A stretch of 64,000 nt of DNA from a virus: IMG/VR virus record IMGVR_UViG_3300020042_011666, positions 32,001 to 96,000 of that record; one strand, given 5' to 3'. Each line of letters starts with the position of its first letter. Positions within the stretch are counted from its first letter, which is position 1. Positions 27,540 through 38,295 of the stretch are shown piece by piece. A program made the translations under genes and the position numbers. Below the pieces are notes generated by a model that had not been told where the DNA came from, ran no database searches, and saw only the letters and a list, made by a program, of their open reading frames with translations.

Positions 27540-28993
27540 TAATATATTAATTTATGTACAACTTGTTTTTTCTTTTTCTCACCAGCTAAAATTAGCTCGT
27601 ATTTTTCTCTAGGTGTCCAGGTGTTAAATAACTTATCAACACTGTTAATAACTCGTTCACCCATTTTTTCAGCACTTAATCCGCCTTCATCACTCATAGC
27701 CCATTCACGACCTGCTAATCCCCGTCTTTGTCTTTCTTCAAGACTTAAATTGTAAATAGCCTCAATTTGGTCAGCAGCATCTTCGGCTTCACACCTGTCA
27801 TCAAAAATGTAAGGTGTTGGTACTGAACCAACTAGTGAGCGAGATGTTGGGTATACTGGAAAGGCCCACTCGCCATGTTCTTTATAAGTACCTCTATGGT
27901 TTGATGGAAAATTCTTATCAAAATCCATCCATTTACCGTCTTTAACAAAGCGCATTTGGTCTTGCATTCCTCCCGTTACGTTAGCGATAATAGGTTTACC
28001 TGCTAACATAGCTTCAGTTAAACTTAATCCCCAACCTTCATTAGATGTTAATAAAATTTGAGCGTCTGCAATGTTATATATCCAATTTAATTGTTGACTA
28101 CCTGTAGGGCCATCAGTGAATATAACATTACAATAATCCTCAGGACATAGTAATTCAACTACAGCATTTAAATCAGTTCCATTATCATCTACTCGTTGAG
28201 TATGTAATATTAAACAACATTTTTTAGCTTGTTCTTTAGATAATCTATCTACAAAATGCCTAAACGCTAAGATAGTATCTGGAATCTGTTTGCGCCTGAT
28301 GTTTCTTGAGTTAAAGAATAAGACAAAATTATAGTCTGTCCCCTTAAATAGTTGTTTTTTAAAGTCTAAAAATTCTTTAGATTTAAATTCCTCATTAGTT
28401 AAAGGCCTAAAAGTGTTTTGGTTTACACCGTGAGGAACATAATCAATAACTTTGTTTTTAGCTTTATCACCTAAAACCAATTTATTAATGTTTACTGTTT
28501 GTTTTGAAATACCTAACAACGCATCACAAGACTCATAAAAAACCTCATTGTACAATGGTGCTGGGTAGTCATCCCAAATGTTTAAATAAATAATAGGGGT
28601 TGTTTTGCGGATTTCATTTTCAATCTGGAATAACCAAGCCCAATAGCGAGGGTCAGTAATTAAGAAAATAGCATCTGGTTTTTCAATCTGAATTAATTGT
28701 CTTAGCAAGTCGGGATTTCCATACCCGTCAATTGGGTATAAAAATACGCTAGCATCATTAATGCCAATTTGGTTACCTGTATCAACGCTAATGTCAAATT
28801 TTTGACCAGCCTCAGGATGGTTAATAGCTCCACCAACATTCACCCAATTGTAGCGGTGACAAGTGTTAATTACGATTTCACGACCTACGTGAGCTACACC
28901 CGAATGAACTCGAATGTCATCACACATGATCATGATTTTTTTACGTTGGTCTTTTGGGATATAGTATTTATCCACTAATTCTTTATTTGGCAT
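27539..28993 (-). CDS. GT4-like glycosyltransferase
   Basis: VPHGV, RNIRRK and NEGWGLSLTEAM motifs. Confidence 0.85.
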   Translation of the reverse strand: MPNKELVDKYYIPKDQRKKIMIMCDDIRVHSGVAHVGREIVINTCHRYNWVNVGGAINHPEAGQKFDISVDTGNQIGINDASVFLYPIDGYGNPDLLRQLIQIEKPDAIFLITDPRYWAWLFQIENEIRKTTPIIYLNIWDDYPAPLYNEVFYESCDALLGISKQTVNINKLVLGDKAKNKVIDYVPHGVNQNTFRPLTNEEFKSKEFLDFKKQLFKGTDYNFVLFFNSRNIRRKQIPDTILAFRHFVDRLSKEQAKKCCLILHTQRVDDNGTDLNAVVELLCPEDYCNVIFTDGPTGSQQLNWIYNIADAQILLTSNEGWGLSLTEAMLAGKPIIANVTGGMQDQMRFVKDGKWMDFDKNFPSNHRGTYKEHGEWAFPVYPTSRSLVGSVPTPYIFDDRCEAEDAADQIEAIYNLSLEERQRRGLAGREWAMSDEGGLSAEKMGERVINSVDKLFNTWTPREKYELILAGEKKKKQVVHKLIY

Positions 28994-29011
28994 AACTGTT
29001 TTTTTAATAAA

Positions 29012-29194
29012 TTACTTTCCTACTGTGGTTTGACTGTGTAATTGTTTTCTAAATTCATCGTCGTTAATATACAAATAAACTGCACGATTAACAAGTTTGT
29101 TTAAAGTAAATTTTCTTTTTACACATTCAATTTTGAAAGACTCAAATAATTCTGTTTTAATTTTTACTGAGGTTAATGATAAATCTTTTTCCAT
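29012..29194 (-). CDS. small ribbon-helix-helix-like DNA-binding protein
   Basis: LTSVKI...LFESFKIEC...TLNKLVNRAV pattern. Confidence 0.5.
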   Translation of the reverse strand: MEKDLSLTSVKIKTELFESFKIECVKRKFTLNKLVNRAVYLYINDDEFRKQLHSQTTVGK

Positions 29195-29228
29195 AACGTT
29201 ATATTTGTATATAAATATATAATTAGTC

Positions 29229-30170
29229 TTATTCCATTAACTTATCACACAAAGAAGTTTCATTAAATGGGCAAAAAGAACAATGTCGTCCCGGGTTTTT
29301 AGGGTATATTTTTTGTTGTATTTTGCCATCTTTTTCAAAACAATCTTCAATAAATAATTTCATTTCACTTAATGCTTTAGTCATTTTATTTTTACCTGAA
29401 GCAGGAATAAATTCTTGTACTCGCTTAGGGGGAAATAAAGCATTTTCATTTATTTTTCGTCTTACAATAAAATATTGAATGTTTATTTTTTCAACATCAA
29501 TATTAAATTCTTGAGCAAAAAATTGTTTGTATAATATAAGTTGAAATTGTTTTATTTCATCTTTTTTAGCATAGTCATTCCATCCACCTGTACTTGTTTT
29601 AATATCAAAAATATAAAAACTATCATACTTTTCATCATATAAAACAAAATCAAGAAACCCTTTATACAGTACTGAAGGGTATTCAGGGTGTGGGGTAATT
29701 ACAAGAGGAAGTTCAATTCCCACTAAATGCCATCCTCGTTTACTAAAATATGAGGATCTATTCTTTTTAACATATTCTAAAATAGCAACGCCATCCTCAT
29801 AAAACTCATTTAATTCCTCTGATGTAGCAAAATGTTTATCGTCATTAGCCTTTTTTTCATCTGAGTAGTGAAATATTAATCCCTCATATAGTTTATCATT
29901 TAAATCTATTTTATCAGCAACCGTTCCTGCTACTTCGTACATGACTTTTAACCAGTCTTGAACCGTTTCATGAAATGCCTTACCAAATACAGTATGGATA
30001 GAAGGTTTGTATGTTTTATTCTTATCTTTATAAGTAAGTGCCCATTTATAATGGCAAGTCTTATACATTGAAAATTGACTATACGATACCGAATTATTTT
30101 CTGAGTAGTCAATAACCTTAGGAGTGTGTTTTTTTATCTCCTTGAGTATTTTAGGTAACTTTTTAGCCAT
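29229..30170 (-). CDS. PD-(D/E)XK RecB/Cas4-like exonuclease
   Basis: SYSQF..C, GKAFHE, GFLD...FDIKT, QLILY and C-terminal CSFCPF..C. Confidence 0.85.
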   Translation of the reverse strand: MAKKLPKILKEIKKHTPKVIDYSENNSVSYSQFSMYKTCHYKWALTYKDKNKTYKPSIHTVFGKAFHETVQDWLKVMYEVAGTVADKIDLNDKLYEGLIFHYSDEKKANDDKHFATSEELNEFYEDGVAILEYVKKNRSSYFSKRGWHLVGIELPLVITPHPEYPSVLYKGFLDFVLYDEKYDSFYIFDIKTSTGGWNDYAKKDEIKQFQLILYKQFFAQEFNIDVEKINIQYFIVRRKINENALFPPKRVQEFIPASGKNKMTKALSEMKLFIEDCFEKDGKIQQKIYPKNPGRHCSFCPFNETSLCDKLME

Positions 30171-30595
30171 TACTTTAATTCTTTAACTAGCTTTTTGATT
30201 TCTTTTTCATTAATTCCCATTCCACTTAAAATACTTTCAACCCCTGTTTTATCTAATAGGGTTGAGTACTCTTCGGCTTCACCTAAGGAACATGAAAAAT
30301 AATCAGCAAGTTTAGCTACTAATTCATCATTAGGACTTGTGTAATTACTTTTTACATACTTGAAAAATATTTTCTTTTTCGGCAACATACTTTTATACAG
30401 CAAATAAATTTTTTTCTTTTCGGTATATGGGATTTTTTGTACTATATTAACTAAATCAACATACGGTTCATACATAGAAATAAATCTATGAATTATGTAA
30501 GGATTAAAGGACTCTCTATCATTTTCTTCAAAAGAGTCCCAATCCTGTTTTCCTATGGTAATATTATCTAGCCAATTAAATAATGTGATCGGCAT
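30170..30595 (-). CDS. clamp loader subunit, T4 gp62-like
   Basis: FNPYIIHRFISM; LPKKKIFFKYVK; next to the RFC-like gene. Confidence 0.65.
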   Translation of the reverse strand: MPITLFNWLDNITIGKQDWDSFEENDRESFNPYIIHRFISMYEPYVDLVNIVQKIPYTEKKKIYLLYKSMLPKKKIFFKYVKSNYTSPNDELVAKLADYFSCSLGEAEEYSTLLDKTGVESILSGMGINEKEIKKLVKELK

Positions 30596-30818
30596 ATTCC
30601 TCACGTAGGTCTTTAGGTACCATTCCCTCTAGCATTTTTCCTGTTTGTGGGTCAAAAAATACAGGGATAGGAACAATAGCATCATCAGGAGTTCCAGCAA
30701 TAAATTTGCTTACTTTACGTAAAATAACTCCTTCTTGCCATACTGGAGAACCACTTGCAGTGTGTAATCCGGTTGTGGCTTTCAAGTCAAAATTCATTTT
30801 TAATTCGGGTTGTTTCAT
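30576..30818 (-). CDS. hypothetical protein
   Basis: LRKVSKFIAGT...VPIPVF. Confidence 0.6.
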   Translation of the reverse strand: MKQPELKMNFDLKATTGLHTASGSPVWQEGVILRKVSKFIAGTPDDAIVPIPVFFDPQTGKMLEGMVPKDLREEYADHII

Positions 30819-30821
30819 TTT

Positions 30822-31019
30822 TTATTTATTTATAGGTTCAAATTCAATATCATCTACTTTTCGGCAAAAGTAAAAATCATTATTATCTTTTAATACAGTA
30901 TCACACATCCACATGTCTTTTAAAGCATCAATCATTTCTTTATCTTCCCGTTTAAATGTTAATTTACGAAAAGGAACATACAAAACCCCATCTTTATTAA
31001 ACATTTTTGGCAATATCAT
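30822..31019 (-). CDS. hypothetical protein
   Basis: 65-aa ORF. Confidence 0.55.
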   Translation of the reverse strand: MILPKMFNKDGVLYVPFRKLTFKREDKEMIDALKDMWMCDTVLKDNNDFYFCRKVDDIEFEPINK

Positions 31020-31951
31020 ATTACTTGTTTCTTAGAAATTACTGATAAGATTTGGGAGATACAGGACATTATATTAATTTCTTTATCTACCCTAAATCCT
31101 GCTTGATATTGCATTTCGGATAAAGTAATAATTATTTCACCTTCTCTACCACTAGCATACTCATTTATTTCTTCAAATAAAAATCTAAATAAATCATCAT
31201 AATCATTTACTCCTGAATTAGCAATTATTTGTCTAATTTGGGTGAATGATGTTTGGGTAGGTTTCTTTAAAATATTAAGTACTTGACTTTGATAAGTATT
31301 AGATACTAATAATGTAGAATCAAGTTTTAATGTATTATCAATAGTAGATGATTGACATACATTAAGTGTTTTACGCAAATCAGGATAATATTTGTTAATA
31401 ATAACAACTAGATCCTTAATGTCATAGTTAATTCCTTCACTATCTAAAACCGAGGCAACGTGGCGAGCGGAATCTGATTTGTTAGGGGGTATAATTTTTA
31501 AAACATGACATCGTGATTGGAGGGGATCAATAATACGTTCAACATAATTACAAGTTAAAATAAATCTTGTAGTACGTGAAAACGTTTCAATTATATTCCT
31601 TAAGGATGCTTGTGCTTGAATTGTTAAAAAATCAGCCTCATCTAATATAATCACTTTAAGTGGTTTAAATGAGGCTGTGCTAGCAAATGATTGTACTTTA
31701 TCTCTAATTGTATCAATACCTCTTTCATCACTAGCATTAATATATAGGTAGTCACAATCAATTTTAGATACAATAAGTTTAGCTAGTGTAGTTTTACCTG
31801 TACCTGCAGGGCCATAGAAGATAAAGTTTTGGATATCGTTTTGGTCTAAGTATTGTTGGATAATAGCTTTAACACTTTCATTACCAACATAATTAGCTAA
31901 TTCACTTGGACGATATTTTTCAACTAATAAAGTATGTTCTCGTTTATTCAT
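31016..31951 (-). CDS. clamp loader ATPase (RFC small/gp44-like)
   Basis: [26 protein letters not shown] and SRC motifs. Confidence 0.95.
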   Translation of the reverse strand: MNKREHTLLVEKYRPSELANYVGNESVKAIIQQYLDQNDIQNFIFYGPAGTGKTTLAKLIVSKIDCDYLYINASDERGIDTIRDKVQSFASTASFKPLKVIILDEADFLTIQAQASLRNIIETFSRTTRFILTCNYVERIIDPLQSRCHVLKIIPPNKSDSARHVASVLDSEGINYDIKDLVVIINKYYPDLRKTLNVCQSSTIDNTLKLDSTLLVSNTYQSQVLNILKKPTQTSFTQIRQIIANSGVNDYDDLFRFLFEEINEYASGREGEIIITLSEMQYQAGFRVDKEINIMSCISQILSVISKKQVI

Positions 31952-32180
31952 CTTCCCCGTAAATGTTATATGTTTTAGGTTTTACCTCAGAATTTTCTTC
32001 TATAATAACATACAATTTTCCTTTTAAAGGTTCAAGTCTAAAGGCTTGAGGTTTTGTAACACATGAAACGTAATAAGCGTTTAATGCTTCAGTTAATGAG
32101 TTATAAATTATACCATTTACATCCCACCTGTCTCCAGGGGCAACACGATTAGCGAGTTCAATATTTTTTTCTTGTTTCAT
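31944..32180 (-). CDS. hypothetical protein
   Basis: 78 aa, RVAPGDRW. Confidence 0.6.
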   Translation of the reverse strand: MKQEKNIELANRVAPGDRWDVNGIIYNSLTEALNAYYVSCVTKPQAFRLEPLKGKLYVIIEENSEVKPKTYNIYGEDE

Positions 32181-32362
32181 AACTTTATTTGTTTAATAAT
32201 GTAGGGTAATAGGGAATCTAATGGATGATTTACAGATACACCTTTATTATTTAATGTAATATATAAACTTCCCAAATCAGGAACAATGTATACATTAGTT
32301 ATAACATAAGTTATATCCTCAATTATTAGTGTATTCCCTATTAGTCCTACAGCATCTCTCAT
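32177..32362 (-). CDS. hypothetical protein
   Basis: 61-aa ORF. Confidence 0.5.
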   Translation of the reverse strand: MRDAVGLIGNTLIIEDITYVITNVYIVPDLGSLYITLNNKGVSVNHPLDSLLPYIIKQIKL

Positions 32363-32363
32363 T

Positions 32364-33980
32364 TTAATACATTTCAGGCATTCCGCCTAAACTAGCATCA
32401 TCTTTATTGTCTTCTAATTTATCAACTACAACAGCCTCAGTTAATAGAATAGTTCCTGCTACTGAAGCAGCGTTTTGAAGTGCAGTACGAGTTACTTTAG
32501 TAGGATCGATTACACCAATTGTTTTCATGTCATCAAAATCATCCGTTTTAAGATTAAATCCATACCAATAGTCACCACCTGTAGCTCCAGATAAAGCATT
32601 GTAAATATCTTCTTGTACGTATCCGGCATTAGATAAAATTTTCTTAAATGGACTTGAACATACTTCATATACAATTTTACTTCCAATGTTGTTAAAATCT
32701 TTAATACCATTTCGAGCGTGCAATAAAGCCATTCCACCACCAGGTACAATACCTTCTTCAATTGCTGCTTTAGTTGCATGGAGAGCATCTTCAACACGGT
32801 CTTTCTTTTCTCTCATTTCGGTTTCAGTATTTCCACCTACATAAACAATAGCAACTCCACCTACCATTTTAGCTAAACGTTCTTGTAGTTTTTCAACTTC
32901 AAATGCTGATTTAGCGTGTTCGATTTGGTGTTGAAGGTCTTCAACTCGTGCTTTAATTTTTTCTTCATCTCCACCACCATCAACTAAAGTAGTTTCTTCT
33001 TTGCTAATAGTTGCTAAACGACACTCACCTAACCAATCTAGATTAAATTTATCAAGTTTCATACCACGATCAGGAGAAACAACAGTTCCACCAGTTAAGG
33101 TAGCAATGTCTTCCATAATTAATGATCTACGGTCACCAAAGTCAGGGGCTTTAACAGCACATACTTTTAATAGGCCTCTCATTTTGTTTACAATAAGAGT
33201 AGCTAATGCCTCACCATCAATATCTTCAGCAATAATTAACAAAGGACGATTTTGATTAGACATGTTTTCAAGTAAAGGTAATAATTCTTTTACTTGGGTT
33301 AATTTTTTCTCATAAATTAATACTCTAGGGCGTTCTAAAACAGACTGCATAGTACTGTTATTAGTAACAAAGTATGGAGATTTAAATCCACGATCAAACT
33401 GCATACCTTCTACTGTTTCAAGGTATGTTTCACCGGTACGAGATTCCTCAATTGTAACAACTCCATCACGACCTACTTTTTCCATTGCGGTAGCAATTAA
33501 AGCCCCAACTTCCGGATCATTATTTGCTGAAATGGTTGCGATTTGAGTTAATTGTTCTTCAGATGAGATTTCCTCAGAAATTTCGGTTTGAAGGTGCTCA
33601 ATTACTTCTTTAACAGCTTTATCAATACCTCTTTTAATTTCTACAGCATTCATTCCATTATTTAAATGTGTTAAACCAGCTTTAACCATTTCTTGAGCCA
33701 ACAATGTAGATGTGGTTGTACCATCACCTGCATTGTCTGCGGTTTTAATAGCGGCTTGTTTAACCATCTGAACACCTAATTCTTCAATTGGGTCCTCTAA
33801 TGAAATTGATTTTGCTACAGTAACACCATCTTTAGTAGATTGAGGATATTCATTTGCTTTTGAAATAACAACATTTCGTCCATTAGGACCTAAAGTTGCT
33901 GTAACTGCGTTTGCTAACTTATCAATGCCGTTAGCTAATTTTCTTCGGGCTTCTGGGCCAAACTCTATAACTTTGCTCAT
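32364..33980 (-). CDS. groEL: chaperonin GroEL
   Basis: [25 protein letters not shown] and GIVPGGG motifs. Confidence 0.97.
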   Translation of the reverse strand: MSKVIEFGPEARRKLANGIDKLANAVTATLGPNGRNVVISKANEYPQSTKDGVTVAKSISLEDPIEELGVQMVKQAAIKTADNAGDGTTTSTLLAQEMVKAGLTHLNNGMNAVEIKRGIDKAVKEVIEHLQTEISEEISSEEQLTQIATISANNDPEVGALIATAMEKVGRDGVVTIEESRTGETYLETVEGMQFDRGFKSPYFVTNNSTMQSVLERPRVLIYEKKLTQVKELLPLLENMSNQNRPLLIIAEDIDGEALATLIVNKMRGLLKVCAVKAPDFGDRRSLIMEDIATLTGGTVVSPDRGMKLDKFNLDWLGECRLATISKEETTLVDGGGDEEKIKARVEDLQHQIEHAKSAFEVEKLQERLAKMVGGVAIVYVGGNTETEMREKKDRVEDALHATKAAIEEGIVPGGGMALLHARNGIKDFNNIGSKIVYEVCSSPFKKILSNAGYVQEDIYNALSGATGGDYWYGFNLKTDDFDDMKTIGVIDPTKVTRTALQNAASVAGTILLTEAVVVDKLEDNKDDASLGGMPEMY

Positions 33981-33981
33981 A

Positions 33982-34266
33982 TTAATCTATAATTGCTAAA
34001 ACTAATTTTTCACTACAAACATAATATTCTTGCCCCTCATATTCGGTTTTAGTAGGACCCATAGGTGGGACAATTACTTTTTGTCCTTCTTTTAATGTAG
34101 TTGGAACCATAGTGCCAGCAATAGTCCAGCTACCTGGTCCAACTGATACAATAGTGCCCATTAAACTTCTGTCTTTACCAATGTCGGGTACAATAATGTT
34201 ACCGTACATGGTTTCTTCTTCTGTGTGTGGTTTAATTACCACGTTATCAAAAACTGCTTTTATCAT
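33982..34266 (-). CDS. groES: co-chaperonin GroES
   Basis: DNVVIKP, GNIIVPD, GTIVSVGPG; adjacent to groEL. Confidence 0.9.
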   Translation of the reverse strand: MIKAVFDNVVIKPHTEEETMYGNIIVPDIGKDRSLMGTIVSVGPGSWTIAGTMVPTTLKEGQKVIVPPMGPTKTEYEGQEYYVCSEKLVLAIID

Positions 34267-34276
34267 AATCTTATTA

Positions 34277-34306
34277 AATATACAAACTTTATTTTAAGTA
34301 ACCAAA
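34277..34306 (-). promoter_or_regulatory. class-1 promoter motif
   Basis: TTTGG-N18-GTATATT upstream of groES. Confidence 0.7.
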
Positions 34307-34317
34307 TTTATTATAAA

Positions 34318-34650
34318 TTAAATACCAAAACTCTCACCACAACCACAAGTCCTGCTTGCGTTTGGATTAGTGAATAAGAATCCTTTACCATTTAATCCTT
34401 CTGTAAAATCTAATTCGGTCCCTAATAAATATAATAAGGACCTTTTATCAATAACTAATTTTAAACCTTGGTCTTCTGATATTTCATCAAAAGGAACTAT
34501 CGTATCATCAAAGTCTAAATCATAAGTTAAACCAGAACAACCTCCACCTTTCACCGATACTCTTAAAAAATGATCTTCGGTGCATTGTTCCTCCACCATC
34601 AGTTTGTCTAATTGGGATTTGGCTTTCGTGGTCAAAGTGAATATTTTCAT
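34318..34650 (-). CDS. iscA: Fe-S cluster carrier IscA/HesB family
   Basis: GGGCSG and CGCGESF motifs. Confidence 0.93.
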   Translation of the reverse strand: MKIFTLTTKAKSQLDKLMVEEQCTEDHFLRVSVKGGGCSGLTYDLDFDDTIVPFDEISEDQGLKLVIDKRSLLYLLGTELDFTEGLNGKGFLFTNPNASRTCGCGESFGI

Positions 34651-34807
34651 TTCCTATGGTATGTTTTGGTTTGTATGGACAATTTAAGCATTTATTTCCG
34701 CAACACCTACCTAATTTAAGTAAAGTTTTTGCTGATGGTGGGAGTGGTTTTTGTTTTAAGCTATACCAATCATCATCATCTAATCGTTCAAGTGTTTTTT
34801 TATCCAT
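34520..34807 (-). CDS. small Cys-rich protein (DUF5522-like)
   Basis: GRCCGNKCLNCPY; 3' part overlaps iscA. Confidence 0.55.
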   Translation of the reverse strand: MDKKTLERLDDDDWYSLKQKPLPPSAKTLLKLGRCCGNKCLNCPYKPKHTIGNENIHFDHESQIPIRQTDGGGTMHRRSFFKSIGERWRLFWFNL

Positions 34808-34866
34808 TTATGCCATATTTTATATATATTAACTAGTTTTAATATTCTTAATTTTTATAAATAAGA

Positions 34867-35604
34867 TTATTTTTCTTTACAAACTAGATAATATAAACTA
34901 GAAACTGTTTCATCAATAAATTCTAACTTAATTAATCCTTTATCAAAAATACTCATACGAGCGCTGCTAGCTCCCTTATTAGCATCCAATACTTCTTTTA
35001 ATAGGTCAGAATTAAAAATTGCGTTTAAATCGATTATCCCTTGAACTTCAACGGAGTTTATGTCGTACGAGATTCTGTTGGAATAATCGTTTATATCGCC
35101 GAAATTTACCACTAAATTGTGCCCACCGTCTAAATTTTTATCCAGGTTAAATATAACAGTATTGATTTTAGGAAGTGCGTTTTTGGCTCTAATCATAGCG
35201 CTAATTGCCTCAAAATCTAAATCAGCTACAACTTGATATACTTCAGGTTCTTTTACCTTACCAACTTCGGGAATTAATGAGGCATCAGCAAGTGAAAATT
35301 GTATATTGAATTGGGCATCAGATAAAACTAATTTAGTATTAACTTTTCCTTTACTTATAACATCTAAATTAATATTGCCTGAGGTAATTTGGAGTTGTCT
35401 ATCTAATAAAGAAGTATCATAAATGGCTAATTCAGTGTCTTTAAGTGGGAAATCAACAGCCTTAATGTTTCCAACCATATCACTATTTTTAGTAATAAAA
35501 TCAATAACTAAATTGTTATCTTCAATTTTCCAAATAACCGAATCACACAGTCCTTTTAAATAATACTTATCAATAATAGAGGAAAGTAGTTTTTTATCTA
35601 TCAT
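34867..35604 (-). CDS. sliding clamp (gp45/PCNA-like)
   Basis: 245 aa, clamp-like C-terminus GLIKLEF...YYLV; adjacent to PolB. Confidence 0.7.
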   Translation of the reverse strand: MIDKKLLSSIIDKYYLKGLCDSVIWKIEDNNLVIDFITKNSDMVGNIKAVDFPLKDTELAIYDTSLLDRQLQITSGNINLDVISKGKVNTKLVLSDAQFNIQFSLADASLIPEVGKVKEPEVYQVVADLDFEAISAMIRAKNALPKINTVIFNLDKNLDGGHNLVVNFGDINDYSNRISYDINSVEVQGIIDLNAIFNSDLLKEVLDANKGASSARMSIFDKGLIKLEFIDETVSSLYYLVCKEK

Positions 35605-35610
35605 GTCTAT

Positions 35611-35640
35611 AATATACGAATAAAATTTTAATTATCCAAA
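35611..35640 (-). promoter_or_regulatory. class-1 promoter motif
   Basis: TTTGG-N18-GTATATT. Confidence 0.7.
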
Positions 35641-38295
35641 TTTAAAAAATCTGTGTACATTACGATTAAATATGGGTTGTCCCCAACCAATGTCTTTATA
35701 TAATGTTTCTAATTTATTTTTCATAACGCCATCAAAGATTCCATCTCTGTCTATATAGGTGTTAATAAATTCAATTATTTCTGGAGGATCATCGTAACCA
35801 TTAAAACCAATAACATCAATTTTGTATGGGTTATTCTTTAAATAAGCAAGAAACATTTTATCTCCTACCTGAAATAATGAATTGGTTTTGTCTAGTTTTT
35901 TAAAGCGAAGGAAATCATTGTAAAATATAGCTGCTTTAGTGTTAATAGGACATTTTAATTTTAATTTAGAGAATATTTCACCAGCTCTAGGACCTCGCTC
36001 AGTATACTCTTTTAATTGCTTTAATCCAGTAGGTTTTAAGATTTTTGTCCACTCAATAGTTTGTAATGATTCTCTAAAATCAAGTACTTGAGAGTCAATA
36101 CTTGGCTTAGATTTACCAAACATAATCTCATTAATAATGTGTTCACCAAACTTTTTAAATAATGGAGGGAAATTTGATTTCATCAAATCCAATCCCTTAA
36201 CATCTAGTTCATCTGTTGGGACACCTTCTTTATTAACAATGTGTTGGGCGTATCTACGTTTACCAGCAAAATAACCTCTATCTAATACAACCTCTTGTTT
36301 TAATTCAAAATAGTGTTGTGTATCATCTCCTAAATTAAAAGCATCTCTAGCAAATTCACCTATAAACTTATTTGCCATTGCTTGTAATTCAGTAGCAATT
36401 ACTAATATTTTTTTAATTACATCCTCTTGATTAGTAAAATCAATATCCGGATGTCTTGCTTTTAATAAGTCTTTGCACTGGATAAAAAGTGAATCTGTAT
36501 CACTTGTAACAATATAGTCTACGGGTGTTTCGTTATTTAATTCATTATTTAAATAGTCATTCATATTAGTAATACTTTCTTGTAACAAACGTTGACCTGT
36601 TAAAGTAATCGCCTTACTAATAAATTTATTGCCATCTGTGTATCTCCAACCATTAATAGCAAATACACCATAAACGTCATTTAATTTAATTTTATACGCG
36701 TGTTGGCGCCTATCATAAAAGGATCCCATAACCGGGTCATTATCTTCCTTATATGCTTTTTTCATCAACCTTTTATATTCTTGACGTTTAGCAAACCAGT
36801 CAGATAAAATTTCACATACAACACTTGATTTGTCTTTACGGAACATTACTCCGGGTGCTGATATGACTAGGTTATTTTTTTCAATAATATTAATTAAGTC
36901 TTTTATTTTGGTTTGTGATAATGCTATTGTTCTATCTTTTTTAATTTTTTCAATATTAACCACTCGTTCAGGATCCATCTGCTTTAATTCCTTTAATGAC
37001 CATTGGTTGTCAAATTTACCATTGTGAACAACTCGGCCAACTAAAGTTTCAATACCCATGTTTAATGAGCGAATAATAGATGGATATAGTGATGTAAAAT
37101 CTAGGTCAATAATCCATTCATATAAACCCGGTATTGGGTCTTTTAAATAACCACCAGCATACTCGGCTAAAGATACAATATCATCGTATTCCTCTTTAGT
37201 AATTTCTTTTTTCTTATATAGGCCCTCAGCATTTTTAACACTAATATCTTTTAATGCGGGGTTATAAGTAGTTGGTTTATTTGGTGAGACTATACCTTTA
37301 CGTTTTAAGTATGTTAAAATAGCACCTTCATTCAGCATTGTTGAATAATAAATCTGCTCATATTCTGTATGGCAAAGGTGGCAGATTGTAACTGTTAATT
37401 CAACAAATTTAAGTTGGTTTTCTAGTTCAACTATAATTTCAACATCTCGAATGTTATACTCAATAAATTTATCTATATCTTCGTTAAATAATTTATCAAG
37501 TGAACCTTGATATTCTATTTTTTCTAACTTAGCATATTTTCTACCTATTTCCCCTAATTTATAAGACGGCTCTTGTTTAGTAATGTATTTTTTAAACAAC
37601 AACATATAGTCAAGGTGATTAATACCTGCTAAGTTAACGGGTTGTTCGGGAAATTGGGGTGTAAATGTTATTTTTCCTAGTGGAGATAGGTAGTTAGCTG
37701 TATCCTCTCCTAATACTTTACATATTCTATAATACAAGTAAGGTATATCGAAGAATCCACTATTCCATCCTGTAATAATAGTAGGATCTAATTCAATCCA
37801 TTTATCAAGGAAACCGTGTAATAATTCTTTTTCAGATATAAAGGGAATAATTTGCTTTTTATCGCTATTAATCTCATCCATTTTACTTTCTTTATCCAAG
37901 ATAAAACAAAAGTATTTTTGAGAATTATTATCATATAAAGCAATAGCTGTTATTTCACCTTTAGGATTTTTAATGTTTTCAGGTGTTAATGCCCCCGCAA
38001 TAACACACTCAATATCTAGATAAACAATGTTATTAAATGAGGGAGTATCATCCGTTTCATAATACATGTCTACTAGTAATCTAGTTTCTTTACTAACATC
38101 TTTTTCATACAATCCATTATCACTCCAATCTGCTTTTTTAGTTGGTGATACACGAGTACCTTCTAGTGTTTCGTATTCACCATCTGGATCAGCAAAGTAA
38201 TAAGTGGGGTGGTACTTAAAAGATTTCCACCCCATTTTATCATCTCGTAAATAATATTGTTTTTCTCCTCGGTCGTAATAGACGGATTGGTACAT
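35632..38295 (-). CDS. family B DNA polymerase
   Basis: Exo motifs DIE, GWNSGFFD, YNIRD; pol motifs DFTSLYPSII, KIKLNDVYG, DTDS, KRRY. Confidence 0.96.
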   Translation of the reverse strand: MYQSVYYDRGEKQYYLRDDKMGWKSFKYHPTYYFADPDGEYETLEGTRVSPTKKADWSDNGLYEKDVSKETRLLVDMYYETDDTPSFNNIVYLDIECVIAGALTPENIKNPKGEITAIALYDNNSQKYFCFILDKESKMDEINSDKKQIIPFISEKELLHGFLDKWIELDPTIITGWNSGFFDIPYLYYRICKVLGEDTANYLSPLGKITFTPQFPEQPVNLAGINHLDYMLLFKKYITKQEPSYKLGEIGRKYAKLEKIEYQGSLDKLFNEDIDKFIEYNIRDVEIIVELENQLKFVELTVTICHLCHTEYEQIYYSTMLNEGAILTYLKRKGIVSPNKPTTYNPALKDISVKNAEGLYKKKEITKEEYDDIVSLAEYAGGYLKDPIPGLYEWIIDLDFTSLYPSIIRSLNMGIETLVGRVVHNGKFDNQWSLKELKQMDPERVVNIEKIKKDRTIALSQTKIKDLINIIEKNNLVISAPGVMFRKDKSSVVCEILSDWFAKRQEYKRLMKKAYKEDNDPVMGSFYDRRQHAYKIKLNDVYGVFAINGWRYTDGNKFISKAITLTGQRLLQESITNMNDYLNNELNNETPVDYIVTSDTDSLFIQCKDLLKARHPDIDFTNQEDVIKKILVIATELQAMANKFIGEFARDAFNLGDDTQHYFELKQEVVLDRGYFAGKRRYAQHIVNKEGVPTDELDVKGLDLMKSNFPPLFKKFGEHIINEIMFGKSKPSIDSQVLDFRESLQTIEWTKILKPTGLKQLKEYTERGPRAGEIFSKLKLKCPINTKAAIFYNDFLRFKKLDKTNSLFQVGDKMFLAYLKNNPYKIDVIGFNGYDDPPEIIEFINTYIDRDGIFDGVMKNKLETLYKDIGWGQPIFNRNVHRFFKFG

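Noticed and set aside
29229-30170. Cas4 as evidence of a CRISPR system
   Set aside because: Stand-alone RecB-family nuclease in a replication block, with no array
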